From assembly GCA_964567755.1 (NCBI GenBank), contig CAZMNW010000061.1:4890-68889 (forward strand): a stretch of DNA of 64,000 bases. The letters are read 5' to 3'. This document shows positions 27,357-36,802 of the stretch, one piece after another. The translations under genes and the position numbers were made by a program. The stretch comes from an uncultured bacterium. GTDB taxonomy: Bacteria > Krumholzibacteriota > Krumholzibacteriia > G020349025. The notes under the pieces were generated by a model. It saw nothing but the letters and a program-made list of their open reading frames with translations, ran no database searches and was not told where the DNA came from. Position 1 is the stretch's first letter. Each line of letters begins with the position of its first letter.

Positions 27357-28679
27357 TCAAAGACGCCGTAAGAGGTGATGTCCGATGAGGGGGCGACCCT
27401 TCGAATCCCTGACGTGCACCAAGTCCTCGGGGACGAGGTCCAGCTTCTCGAACAAGGCAGTCAGGGCGTCGTCGCTGTAGCGCCGGGTGAAGAGCATGGT
27501 GCGAATCCGCTGCTGCATTTTCTCTTCCTGGATGACCAGGTCGTGACAAAAGTTCACACTGCCCGGAACCTTGCAGCTGTCGTCCCCACCATCATAGCGC
27601 TGCAAGGTCACGCGCAAGTTCACTTCGCGCGGCAGCCGTCCCTGCGAGACTTCCCACACGCGATACGGCATCTCGAGGAGCGTTGCGCGGGTGGATTCTT
27701 CCGCCGTGCGCTCGCCTTTCGACACCGTCATCGGGTAGACGGGGTCGCTTTCGATGGGATCGAGCTTGCGGGCGACTTCGATCCAGACTAAGTCGCCGGG
27801 GCGTGTGAGGCGGTGGAGTGTGTGCCGAATGAAGGATTCCTCGTCGCGCACGTTGCCGAGGATGTTGCCAAGAACGAGAACGATGCGGCACCCATCGGTC
27901 CGTTGATCCCCGGCCAAGCGCGACACGAAGTCGAGCTTCCCGTACTCGAAATCGGCGCACACGGGGATCATCTGCCGCATTCCGGCACCGCGAGCCACCC
28001 ACAGGTTCGGTTCCGACAACGCCCGCTTCGCCGCTTTGAGGAGCAAGGGCATGGAGAGATCCACCGGCATGTAGGTGAGCCAGGCGAAGGGGCGGTGCAA
28101 CTGCTGTTCGCGCTGCACGACCTTGCGCAGGATGCGAGATTCCTTCTCGCCTTCTCCCGGACCCAGGCTTATGACCTCGACCCCTTGGCCCTCGCGCAGG
28201 GACCCCAACCATTTTTCGGCGCAGCGCTCGACGCCATGCAGCCATTCTTCCTGGCCGTAGCCGCGCTTGATCAGATTCTCCCAGGCGAGCGCGCAGTGCG
28301 GGTCGTAGTAGAGGAACCGGTGCCCAAGGTAGGAATCGTGATGGTACTTGTCACCGAACTGACGCAGTAGCTCCGAAGGCCCCGCCCCTTCTTCCACCTC
28401 CAGCCTGACCGACGTCGAATTCGGGTCGACGGAGTGCGTCTGCGCCAAAATGGAACCCAGATGCGCCGCCAAGGCGCGTTTCACCCCTTCGAGCGTCACG
28501 AGCTTGAGGTTCTCGCCGAGCCCCTTCTTCCAGTTCTTGACCTGCTCGCGGGAGACGCCGACCAGATCGGCGATCTCCTGATCGTCGGTGATGCGCAAGA
28601 CGCCGAGCAGGTGCAGCAGCAAGTCGATGACTTGGCTAGATGGAGCGCCACGGATCTCCCTTTCGGCCTTTTTGGTCAT
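27357..28679 (-). CDS. N-terminal HTH domain fused to an EgtD-like (L-histidine N-alpha-methyltransferase family) SAM-binding domain
   Basis: DQEIADLVGVSREQVKNWKKG HTH; ISLGPGEGEKE, VDLSMPLL, CADFE, LGNILGN and PGD methyltransferase motifs. Confidence 0.72.
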   Translation of the reverse strand: MTKKAEREIRGAPSSQVIDLLLHLLGVLRITDDQEIADLVGVSREQVKNWKKGLGENLKLVTLEGVKRALAAHLGSILAQTHSVDPNSTSVRLEVEEGAGPSELLRQFGDKYHHDSYLGHRFLYYDPHCALAWENLIKRGYGQEEWLHGVERCAEKWLGSLREGQGVEVISLGPGEGEKESRILRKVVQREQQLHRPFAWLTYMPVDLSMPLLLKAAKRALSEPNLWVARGAGMRQMIPVCADFEYGKLDFVSRLAGDQRTDGCRIVLVLGNILGNVRDEESFIRHTLHRLTRPGDLVWIEVARKLDPIESDPVYPMTVSKGERTAEESTRATLLEMPYRVWEVSQGRLPREVNLRVTLQRYDGGDDSCKVPGSVNFCHDLVIQEEKMQQRIRTMLFTRRYSDDALTALFEKLDLVPEDLVHVRDSKGRPLIGHHLLRRL

Positions 28680-28792
28680 CCCGCGCCTTCTTTCGCCTCG
28701 GGGCACCCTTTTTTCGCGCTGGCCGATTGCTTTTCCAGTTGGGAACGGATCGGGGCCTGCATACGCTTGGTTGTAGCGAGAGTCCAGACCGC

Positions 28793-28891
28793 TTCGACGA
28801 TCTCAACGGGGTCTCTCGGTGGGGACAGCCTCCAGCTCGCGGAGGATACAGCGCCGCCGAGGAGCACGCCAAGCAGAGACCCCGTGTCGAA
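28793..28891. other. Candidate structured RNA or cis-element in the divergent intergenic region
   Basis: Nested helices TTCGAC/GTCGAA, ACGGGGTCTCT/AGAGACCCCGT, CGGTGG/CCGCCG and CCTCC/GGAGG. Confidence 0.4.
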
Positions 28892-28968
28892 ACGAACACT
28901 CCCGCGGTCCAGCGGACAACGCCAGAGCAGGCCGGGCTGACCGGCCCCGGTGAGAAAGGAAGAGAGCC

Positions 28969-30249
28969 ATGCGTCCACTCGTCCTCGCAACGCTCCTGGT
29001 TGCATCGTTGAGCTCGGCCCCCCGGTCCGCGATGGCGGACCACGGCGACGTGATCTTCGTCGACTTTCCGGAGCTGGCCGAGTTCGGATACCTCGTGGTG
29101 ATCGATGGGGCGGAGTATTGGGCGCCGCACGCGTTTCGCTACGAAGGCAACTGGGCGCCGTACGCGCGCGGCTACCTCTACGAGGATCCGGCCGAGGGCC
29201 TCGTCTGGGTGTCCTCCGATCCCTGGGGATTCATCACCGAACACTACGGGTACTGGCGTCATCACGATCAGTACGGTTACGTGTGGCGCCCGCTCTATCC
29301 GTTGCAATGGCGGCCGTACGTCGCATCGGTGTTCCACAATCAACGCGGCGCTATCATCGGCTGGAGCCCGTTCTATACGGAGGCGTGGGACCATGGATTC
29401 TATCGCGTCGGTTACGGCTTCGACGATAGCTTCTGGGCGCCGTATTGGGGTCGGGTCCATTACGGGGATTTCTACTACCACCACTACCAGCGCTTCTCCG
29501 GCTGGTACGTGGGAGTGACGTTGTACGATTACGACGTCTATTATCGCGACGCCCCCGATCATTGCTATCGGCGCGACTGGGAATACCGCGAGCGGCACGA
29601 GCGCAAGCGCCACGACTCCGGGTCAGCGGCATACGGGTTCCGGGACCGGCGGGAAGCCAAGCGTACTGAACAATCCACCGTGCGGCGGCGCGAGGATGCT
29701 CCGGCACCGGCGGCGGAATTGCGCGGGGCGGTGTCCATGCCAGCGCGAAACTTGGAGGTCGCACGCGAGACTCGGGAGAATCGTCAGCGCACCTTCGCGC
29801 AGAGGTTCGACACGAGCCGGGTGAAGTCGAGCGATGTGCAGCGGCCGGCCGCCACCCGGGCCGCGGCTCCTGCACGTCCGGCGGCGCAGTCTCCGGCGGA
29901 AAGGGCGCTGGACGTGGTGCAACCGCAACAAGCCGCAAGCTCGCGCAACGCGGAGCCCGTAGCGCATGCACGATCGCAGGCCACGGTCGAGCCGCGCCGT
30001 GTGTCGTTGGAACCGCGGCAACCGCGTGCAGAATCGCGCCGTGCACCCGAGGTGCGGGAGTCGCAACCCTCGCGCCCGGCGCGCGAGGTGCAGGTGACAC
30101 AGCCTTCGCGTCAGGTCGACCGCGGACGCGCGGAGCCTGCCCGATCGAGCCAGGTCGAGGCGAGCCGGTCGCGGCCGAGCAACCCACCGGCGGAGCGCGT
30201 CAAGGCTGCCTTCGAGTCGCGCTCGAAGGACCGAAAGGGGCGAGATTAG
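28969..30249 (+). CDS. Secreted DUF6600-like aromatic-rich protein with a long R/S/P/A-rich disordered tail
   Basis: Signal peptide; WAPYARG...WVSSDPWGFITEHYGYW motif; low-complexity C-terminal half. Confidence 0.75.
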   Translation: MRPLVLATLLVASLSSAPRSAMADHGDVIFVDFPELAEFGYLVVIDGAEYWAPHAFRYEGNWAPYARGYLYEDPAEGLVWVSSDPWGFITEHYGYWRHHDQYGYVWRPLYPLQWRPYVASVFHNQRGAIIGWSPFYTEAWDHGFYRVGYGFDDSFWAPYWGRVHYGDFYYHHYQRFSGWYVGVTLYDYDVYYRDAPDHCYRRDWEYRERHERKRHDSGSAAYGFRDRREAKRTEQSTVRRREDAPAPAAELRGAVSMPARNLEVARETRENRQRTFAQRFDTSRVKSSDVQRPAATRAAAPARPAAQSPAERALDVVQPQQAASSRNAEPVAHARSQATVEPRRVSLEPRQPRAESRRAPEVRESQPSRPAREVQVTQPSRQVDRGRAEPARSSQVEASRSRPSNPPAERVKAAFESRSKDRKGRD

Positions 30250-30410
30250 TCGATCGCCCCTTCGGGCGAGCCGAGGCCCGCGAGAGGATCGCTCGCCGTG
30301 ACTGGAATGGGTGATGCAGGACGCGCATGGTAATCTAGAGTTGGTCCGCCGCGGATTGAGTACCAGCGTTGCCTCCGCGCGCGGTGAGAGCGTCGAGCGC
30401 GGGTGGATGC

Positions 30411-31850
30411 ATGAACCTCGAGCTGCGCCAGCACGTCGGTCTTCTCGTCCTGAGCATCGTCACTGCCACGGCCCTCTCGGGCTGTGGCGACGACGAACCG
30501 CTCATCCCGCCGGAACCCCCTTCGCTGGAGATGCTCGATCTCTCGCTCGAGGTATCGTCCACGTCCGTTCTCATTTCCGACCTGGTCACCGCGAGGATTC
30601 GCGTGGCGGGAGGAGATGCCCGTGGCGAGCTTGCGTCTGCCGTCATCAGCTGGGGTTGGCTCGAAGAATACACGTACCTGTTCGATGATTTAGGTCGTAC
30701 GGAGCTCGATCTGCAGTTTTTCGCTCTCGGCGAGCAGGAGGTTCGCGTCCGCATCCAGCGCAACGGCCAGGAACGCCTGCTGTCGCGCCGGGTCGACGTT
30801 CGGGGTGGTTCGAGCGACGGCTCTTTGGAGATGATCCCGGTCGCCGAAGGACAGTTCCTGCGCGGCGATACCCAAAGCGCGTTCTCGTTTCAGCAGCCAC
30901 AACGGCAAATCCATGTCTCGGAGTTCGCGCTCGCGCGTACCGAGATGACGAACGCGACCTTCGCGCGCGCGATCGATTGGGCAGCTGGGCTCGGGCGTGT
31001 CGAAGCCGCGCCCACCCCGCGCTACCTGGTATGGACGCCGGTCCCCGCAGGCCAGTTGCAAATCATCCTGGATTTCTCCAAGACGGATCTGTCCTGGAAC
31101 GGCTCGGGCGTGTCCGTCGTTCCCGGACGAGAATTCCATCCGATGACAGGCGTTCGATGGTATGGGATGGCCGCTGTCTGCAATTGGCTGAGCGAAATGG
31201 AGGGCCTCGAGCCGTGCTACTCCATCACTCCTTCCGATCCTCTACATCTCTATCTCGTGACCGGCGATTTCAGCCGCAACGGCTACCGGCTGCCGACCGA
31301 GGCCGAGTGGGAGAAGGCGGCGCGCGGTGGGCTGATGCTGCCTGCAGGGGCGAACGACAATCCCGAACGCGACTATCCGTGGGGCGATGAAGATCTCTAT
31401 TTCCCGATCAACGACGAGCTTGCCGACTCCATTCCCACGAGATCGGTGTACGGCTCGCTGCGAGCCAACGTGGCGGCTCCATTTCTGGCAACCAGGCCTC
31501 TCGACCAGTTGATCTTCGGCGGCACACTCCCCGTCGGCAGCTTCCTGCGCGGCCGCGGCCCGTACGGACACGACGATCTGATGGGCAACGTGGCCGAATG
31601 GTGCCACGATTGGTTCGGGGCCGGTTACTACGGTGCTTCTCCCGACGTGGATCCAACGGGGCCGACCGAGTTCTATCCGAGCGTGGATGACTTCAAGGTG
31701 CTGCGGGGCGACAGCTGGTTTGGATCTTACATCCCGGAGTGGAACGCCTTCTCGATCGAAGAGGGTTGTTCCAAACGTCGCTGGGCTGCGTACCACTACG
31801 ATGCGACCTTCGTCGGGTTCCGCGTCGCAAGGTCGCTGCCATCCCCGTGA
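30411..31850 (+). CDS. Lipoprotein with an FGE-sulfatase (SUMF1-like) domain
   Basis: Lipobox LSGC; EMTNATF, YRLPTEAEWEKAARGG, DLMGNVAEW, RGDSW and GFRVAR. Confidence 0.9.
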   Translation: MNLELRQHVGLLVLSIVTATALSGCGDDEPLIPPEPPSLEMLDLSLEVSSTSVLISDLVTARIRVAGGDARGELASAVISWGWLEEYTYLFDDLGRTELDLQFFALGEQEVRVRIQRNGQERLLSRRVDVRGGSSDGSLEMIPVAEGQFLRGDTQSAFSFQQPQRQIHVSEFALARTEMTNATFARAIDWAAGLGRVEAAPTPRYLVWTPVPAGQLQIILDFSKTDLSWNGSGVSVVPGREFHPMTGVRWYGMAAVCNWLSEMEGLEPCYSITPSDPLHLYLVTGDFSRNGYRLPTEAEWEKAARGGLMLPAGANDNPERDYPWGDEDLYFPINDELADSIPTRSVYGSLRANVAAPFLATRPLDQLIFGGTLPVGSFLRGRGPYGHDDLMGNVAEWCHDWFGAGYYGASPDVDPTGPTEFYPSVDDFKVLRGDSWFGSYIPEWNAFSIEEGCSKRRWAAYHYDATFVGFRVARSLPSP

Positions 31851-32833
31851 CTTCAACGCATAACGGATTCGCGGCGCTCGTCGTGATGACACTCGCTGTG
31901 AGTGTGGCGGCGCCATGCTCTGCTGCAGCGGCGGCGCAGCGTGGGGCGAAGATGGACGCGCTCGGACGAACACCCTACGTGGTGGTCCTCGGCATCGCAC
32001 AGGATGGTGGAGTTCCGCAAGCGGGAAGCCGGGAGCATCCAGGCTGGAAGGAACCGTTGGCGCGACGGCGTGTCGTCTGTCTCGCGATCGTGGATCCGGA
32101 ATCTTCCCGACGTTGGATGATCGAAGCGACGCCGGATTTCCCGCAGCAGCTGCAAGCGTTGGATACGCTGGCGGCAGTGACGGCGAAGCCGGGCCTCGAT
32201 GGCATCTTCCTCACCCACGCGCATGTTGGACATTACGCCGGGCTGCTGCATCTGGGGCACGAGGTCATGGGAGCGCGCGCGGTCCCGGTCTATGCCATGC
32301 CGCGGATGCTGGAGTTTCTGCGCACGAACGGGCCGTGGGAGATGCTCACCCAGAGGGGCAACATCGAGCTGCGCGCGCTACAAGAAAGTGAGGCCGTGGA
32401 GTTGACGGCGGACATCCGTGTCGCGCCGTTTCGTGTGCCACATCGACAGGAATACTCCGAAGTCGTGGGCTTCCGCATCCAGGGGCCGCGACGAGCGATC
32501 CTTTTTCTGCCCGACATCGATCGCTGGGAAGACCTGGACGCGATGGGAGTTCGCATCGAGGACCTCATCCGGGGCGTCGACGTCGCCTACCTCGACGCGA
32601 CGTTCTACAGCGATGGCGAGATCCCCGGTCGCGACATGAGCGGGTTCCCGCACCCCTTCATCACGAGAAGCATGGAACGATTCGCCGCACTTCCTGGCCC
32701 GGAGCGCGACAAGATCCGCTTCATTCATCTCAACCACACCAACCCGGTGCTCGACCCCCAAAGCGACGCCCGCCACACCATCGAGTCCCAAGGCTTCCAC
32801 GTCGCGGACGAAATGGAACGCCAGGATCTCTAA
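31847..32833 (+). CDS. Exported MBL-fold metallo-hydrolase, PqqB-like
   Basis: LGIAQDGGVPQ, FLTHAHVGH, VPHR and HLNHTNP; GTGA overlap with the upstream gene. Confidence 0.85.
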   Translation: MTSTHNGFAALVVMTLAVSVAAPCSAAAAAQRGAKMDALGRTPYVVVLGIAQDGGVPQAGSREHPGWKEPLARRRVVCLAIVDPESSRRWMIEATPDFPQQLQALDTLAAVTAKPGLDGIFLTHAHVGHYAGLLHLGHEVMGARAVPVYAMPRMLEFLRTNGPWEMLTQRGNIELRALQESEAVELTADIRVAPFRVPHRQEYSEVVGFRIQGPRRAILFLPDIDRWEDLDAMGVRIEDLIRGVDVAYLDATFYSDGEIPGRDMSGFPHPFITRSMERFAALPGPERDKIRFIHLNHTNPVLDPQSDARHTIESQGFHVADEMERQDL

Positions 32834-32914
32834 GGCCGTGACCCCCGTTTTGGCGCGTGTGTCATGAATGAGTGCCTGGCTCGAAAGGCACCGGACTCAC
32901 GCATGGGGACGCGT

Positions 32915-35656
32915 TCAAGGAGTGTGCGCGGGGGCTGCAGTCGTTGCTTTCGCCTGGGCGAAGGCGCGCCGGATCAGGAACATCCCCGGCTGTTCCGAAA
33001 AGGGCCAGCTCATCGTCGAGGCGTTGGGCACCGCGAAGGCACGCGGCAGCGCGGCGGTGACGTTGGCGTCGTACCAGCCCATGGCACGCTGCAATCCCTC
33101 GCGTTCGAAGACGTCGCAGAAAGCGTAGATCTGCTGCCCGAGTAGCACGTGCGAGCGCAACGGCCCGGCGGGAGTCTGACGCGCGACGTGTTGCAACGCC
33201 GCGACGAGCTCGGAACCGACGAAGAAACGCGGCGGTTGTTGACGCTGCACTCGCGGCGCGTGATCTGCCAGCCACGGCCGGTCGAGAGTCATGATCGGGA
33301 TGTTGGGGGGCAACGCCGGGCGCACGGGGCCGACGAGAAACAACGCCACGCCGGACGGATCGCGCAAGAGCGGTTCGCGCAACTCGGGAACGGCTCCGAG
33401 CTCGCGGCAGCGTTGCGCCAAGATGTTCGCATCTGGTCCGAGCTGCGAGCCCCCGGCCGACGATGATTCTACAATCGCGGTGTCCCCGGTGCCGCGCGGT
33501 GCTGATGTTTGCCAGCCGATGAGAGCGACACCCGGGTTGGCGGGTTGGAAGTCGGCGATGGCCAGCCAGGCGTTTGGGAACACAGTGCAGAAAGTGGTCG
33601 CGATTCCCCAGAAACCTCGTGCGTCGAGCTGGAAGAGCGGCAGCCACTGCGCGAAGATCCCACCGGGCCGCAGGTGTGCCGCGACCGCCTCGAAGTGCTC
33701 TCGCGCGTACAGATTCGCGACTCCGGATCGCCAGGGCACGAAGAGATCGGCTACCACGACATCGAACTGCTCGCGCGTGGCGCGAAAGTACATCCGGCCA
33801 TCTTCGACGACGGTGCGCGCTCGCGGGTGACTGCACAAATCGACGTTCCAGTCGCGAAAGTGCTCACAGGCGAGCTGCATGGTCTGGGCCGAGAGCTCGA
33901 TGGCGGTCAGCGATTCGAGGCGCGGGTCGCGCAGCGCCGCGCTCGCCGTGATGCCGGTGGCCGCACCGATGAAGGCAACTCGCCGCGGTTGCGGATGCAA
34001 AAGGAGTGGCAGATACCCCATCCGTGCCTGCTGCGCGGCGTTGGCGCTGCCTCCGAGCGAATACGTGTTGTTCCACTTGATGCGCCGATCGTGCGCTTGT
34101 TCGATCACGGCGGAAACACCGGCGGAACCGGATCGCCAAGCGACGATGCGCTCGCCGGGATCCAGGTGCGCTGCGGGGAGCGACCACGGTGCGGCAAGAG
34201 TCAACAAGACGACCGCAGCTCCGGCCAAACCGAACAGGAACAATCGCGGTCGCCGGTCGGGCAATCGCGCGGTCGTGACGACGCCCGCCGCGAGAATCAA
34301 CAAACACCACGCTGCGAGCGATCCCCAGAGTCCAAGTCCCGGCATTGCCAAGTGATTGGCGCAGAGGAGACCGAGAAGCGCACCGGCTGCATTCATGCCC
34401 AGAAGCCGTCCCCATGTCGTGCCGATCGAATCGGCAGCCTCGTGCACCGAAGGCCGGGACGCAGCGCGCGCGGTCGAAGGACCAATGGCGCGAAGCTGTG
34501 CCGCACCGGCGCCTGCGAGCACGAGGGGGAACACCCAGCCCGCGAGCACGAAGGGCGGGCCGAGGACGAGGGCGGCGCTGCCGAGCACGCGCGCAATGTA
34601 GATCCAGAAACCGCCGGCGCCACCGCCGAAGGGAGTCATGCCCCCGGTGCTCATGACGAAAAAGCGCGACAGGATCGCCGTACTGCAAGCAGCAAGCAGC
34701 AGGACCAGCGCCAGTTGCTGCCAAGCACGGCGTTCATCGATGACGGAGCGCTGCGTCACGAGGGCGCCCACGGACAGGGCCGCGATGACGACGACCAAGA
34801 CGCTCGCGAACGTGTAGCTCGAGTTGTGCAGCACTTGGCTGAAGAGATGCAGAGCGAGGATCTCGTATCCCAGAACGATGAAACCAGACAGCAGTGCGAT
34901 CCAACTCCAAGCACCGACCCCCGGTGTCCAAGATGCGGTGCACTCGTTTCCAGGGTCGAGCGGCTTCTTTTCCCCGCGCCCGCGCGGGGAGGCGGTACGA
35001 CCTGCCGCTGGCTGCGCTGCAGTGGCGGCTGCAACGCCGTGCGCGATCCGCGGTTTCCTTCCAATGCGAAGCCCGAGCACGGCCAACACGAGACTGAATG
35101 CCATGAGGGCCAGGAATGCACCCCGTAAGCCGAGTGCCGGGATGAAGGCAAAGGTGGTGACGAGGATTCCCGCCGCGCCTCCCAACGTGTTGACACCATA
35201 GATCGCGTTGCCTTCGCGCCCGAGCCGGCCCGCGACGACGGCAGCTTGCCCGAGCGCCGGCAGCGTGCCCCCCATGAAGAACGAGGGAGGGCCGACGAAG
35301 ACGACCGCGAGCAGAGCTTTCACGGCAATTCCGGCGCGCGGATGCAGGAGCACCGGGCCGAAGGCTTGTGCCAAGAACCCCGAGATGTGCTCACCGAAAA
35401 AAGACGGAAGGATCGCGAGCAAGATGCCGAGCTCCAGCAAACCATAGAGACGCCATGGCGAAGCATGGCGTGACACGCGCGGGCCGATCCACACGGCGCC
35501 GGCTGCGAGTGCGAGGAAAAACACGCCGACGACGAGACTGGAAGCGAGTGCCGTGGCGCCGATGATATCCGCGAGCCGCCGCGCCCACAGGATCTCGTAC
35601 CCGAGAGCGACGAAGCCGGACAACAAGGAGACGAACGTGGCGAGCCGCAAGCGCAT
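32915..35656 (-). CDS. Multi-TM membrane protein fused to a spermidine-synthase-like domain
   Basis: SGFVALGYEILWAR repeated TM units; EDGR, FDVVVADLFVPW, LYAREHF and PGGIFAQWLP. Confidence 0.88.
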   Translation of the reverse strand: MRLRLATFVSLLSGFVALGYEILWARRLADIIGATALASSLVVGVFFLALAAGAVWIGPRVSRHASPWRLYGLLELGILLAILPSFFGEHISGFLAQAFGPVLLHPRAGIAVKALLAVVFVGPPSFFMGGTLPALGQAAVVAGRLGREGNAIYGVNTLGGAAGILVTTFAFIPALGLRGAFLALMAFSLVLAVLGLRIGRKPRIAHGVAAATAAQPAAGRTASPRGRGEKKPLDPGNECTASWTPGVGAWSWIALLSGFIVLGYEILALHLFSQVLHNSSYTFASVLVVVIAALSVGALVTQRSVIDERRAWQQLALVLLLAACSTAILSRFFVMSTGGMTPFGGGAGGFWIYIARVLGSAALVLGPPFVLAGWVFPLVLAGAGAAQLRAIGPSTARAASRPSVHEAADSIGTTWGRLLGMNAAGALLGLLCANHLAMPGLGLWGSLAAWCLLILAAGVVTTARLPDRRPRLFLFGLAGAAVVLLTLAAPWSLPAAHLDPGERIVAWRSGSAGVSAVIEQAHDRRIKWNNTYSLGGSANAAQQARMGYLPLLLHPQPRRVAFIGAATGITASAALRDPRLESLTAIELSAQTMQLACEHFRDWNVDLCSHPRARTVVEDGRMYFRATREQFDVVVADLFVPWRSGVANLYAREHFEAVAAHLRPGGIFAQWLPLFQLDARGFWGIATTFCTVFPNAWLAIADFQPANPGVALIGWQTSAPRGTGDTAIVESSSAGGSQLGPDANILAQRCRELGAVPELREPLLRDPSGVALFLVGPVRPALPPNIPIMTLDRPWLADHAPRVQRQQPPRFFVGSELVAALQHVARQTPAGPLRSHVLLGQQIYAFCDVFEREGLQRAMGWYDANVTAALPRAFAVPNASTMSWPFSEQPGMFLIRRAFAQAKATTAAPAHTP

Positions 35657-35746
35657 CGGGCCAGTTTACCCCAAGCGGAGGATCACCGGCGTCGCGCGTG
35701 AGATGAGGTGGAGCAGCGACGGTGAACCGAGGCCGTGGCGAAGGTC

Positions 35747-36802
35747 TCATTCCTCGCGCGGGCGCCACGAGTGCACGTGCTCGACCAGGCGGCGCACATT
35801 GTCCACGGGTGTTTCGGGAAGAATCCCATGACCGAGATTGAAGATGTGTCCGGGAGCATTCCCGGCACGCTCGAGCACGCGGTCGGCGCGCTCGCGCAGC
35901 GCCGGCCACGGCGCGAACAGCGTCGCCGGATCGAGGTTGCCTTGGACGGCGAAGTCGGGGCCGAGGGTGCGGCGAGCCAGATCGAGAGGCACGCGCCAAT
36001 CGAGGCTCAGCACGTCGGCGCCGCAGAGGCGCAAGTGATCGGCCGCGCCCCAAGCGTCGCGGGCGAAATAGATGATGGGCGCTGCACCCGCAGTGGCGCT
36101 GTGGACGTCGGCGATCATCTGTTGCACGTGCGGCAACGCCCAGCGCGCGAAATCATCCGGGTCGAGCAGACCCGCCCAGGTGTCGAAGATCTGCACGGCC
36201 TGGGCGCCGGCTTCGATCTGCGCCACGAGGTACGCCGCGTTGGTCGCCGCGAGCTTTTGCAGCAATCGCTCTCCCGTCACCGGATCCTCGTACAGGAGGC
36301 GCTTCATGCGCGTGAACTCTTTGGCACCACCGCCCTCGACGAGATAGTTGGCGAGCGTCCACGGCGCGCCACAAAAGCCGATGAGCGCCGTCTCGGGCGC
36401 GAGCTCGCTGCGCAAGCGGCGCAGGGCTTCGAGGACGTAGGGCACCGAGGCCTGCGGATCGGGAATGCGCAAGGACTCGACCTGAGCGCGCGTACGCACG
36501 GGGTCGGGGATCAGCGGACCCGGAGCGAATTCGATGTGCACGCCCATGCCTTCGACGGGGACCAAGATGTCGCTGAACAGAATCGCCGCATCGACGCCGA
36601 GAGCGCGCACGGGCTGCAACGTCACCTCGACCGCGAGATCCGGGTTCTTGCACATGTCGAGGAAGCCGTGGCGCTCCCGGATGGCGCGGTACTCCGGCAT
36701 GTAGCGCCCGGCCTGGCGCATGAACCACACGGGCCGGTGTGACGTCGGGAGTCGGCCGCACGCGCGCAGGAACGGGACCTCGCGCTCCGGTTGGGTGCTC
36801 AT
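35747..36802 (-). CDS. hemE: Uroporphyrinogen decarboxylase
   Basis: PVWFMRQAGRYMPEY, FSDIL, QGNLDP and NLGHGI. Confidence 0.97.
   Translation of the reverse strand: MSTQPEREVPFLRACGRLPTSHRPVWFMRQAGRYMPEYRAIRERHGFLDMCKNPDLAVEVTLQPVRALGVDAAILFSDILVPVEGMGVHIEFAPGPLIPDPVRTRAQVESLRIPDPQASVPYVLEALRRLRSELAPETALIGFCGAPWTLANYLVEGGGAKEFTRMKRLLYEDPVTGERLLQKLAATNAAYLVAQIEAGAQAVQIFDTWAGLLDPDDFARWALPHVQQMIADVHSATAGAAPIIYFARDAWGAADHLRLCGADVLSLDWRVPLDLARRTLGPDFAVQGNLDPATLFAPWPALRERADRVLERAGNAPGHIFNLGHGILPETPVDNVRRLVEHVHSWRPREE

Noticed and set aside
29620-30249. Repetitive R/S/P/A/E-rich stretch as a repeat array or CRISPR
   Set aside because: It is the in-frame low-complexity tail of the DUF6600-like protein, with no constant repeat-spacer period.
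27357-31850. EgtD-like gene near an FGE-sulfatase-domain gene as an ergothioneine/selenoneine (egtB-egtD) cluster
   Set aside because: The FGE-domain protein is a lipoprotein without the DinB-like HxxxH iron-binding domain of EgtB/SenA. The genes are on opposite strands with another gene between them.
31847-32833. PQQ biosynthesis operon
   Set aside because: Only an exported PqqB-like MBL protein is present; no pqqA, C, D or E was seen.
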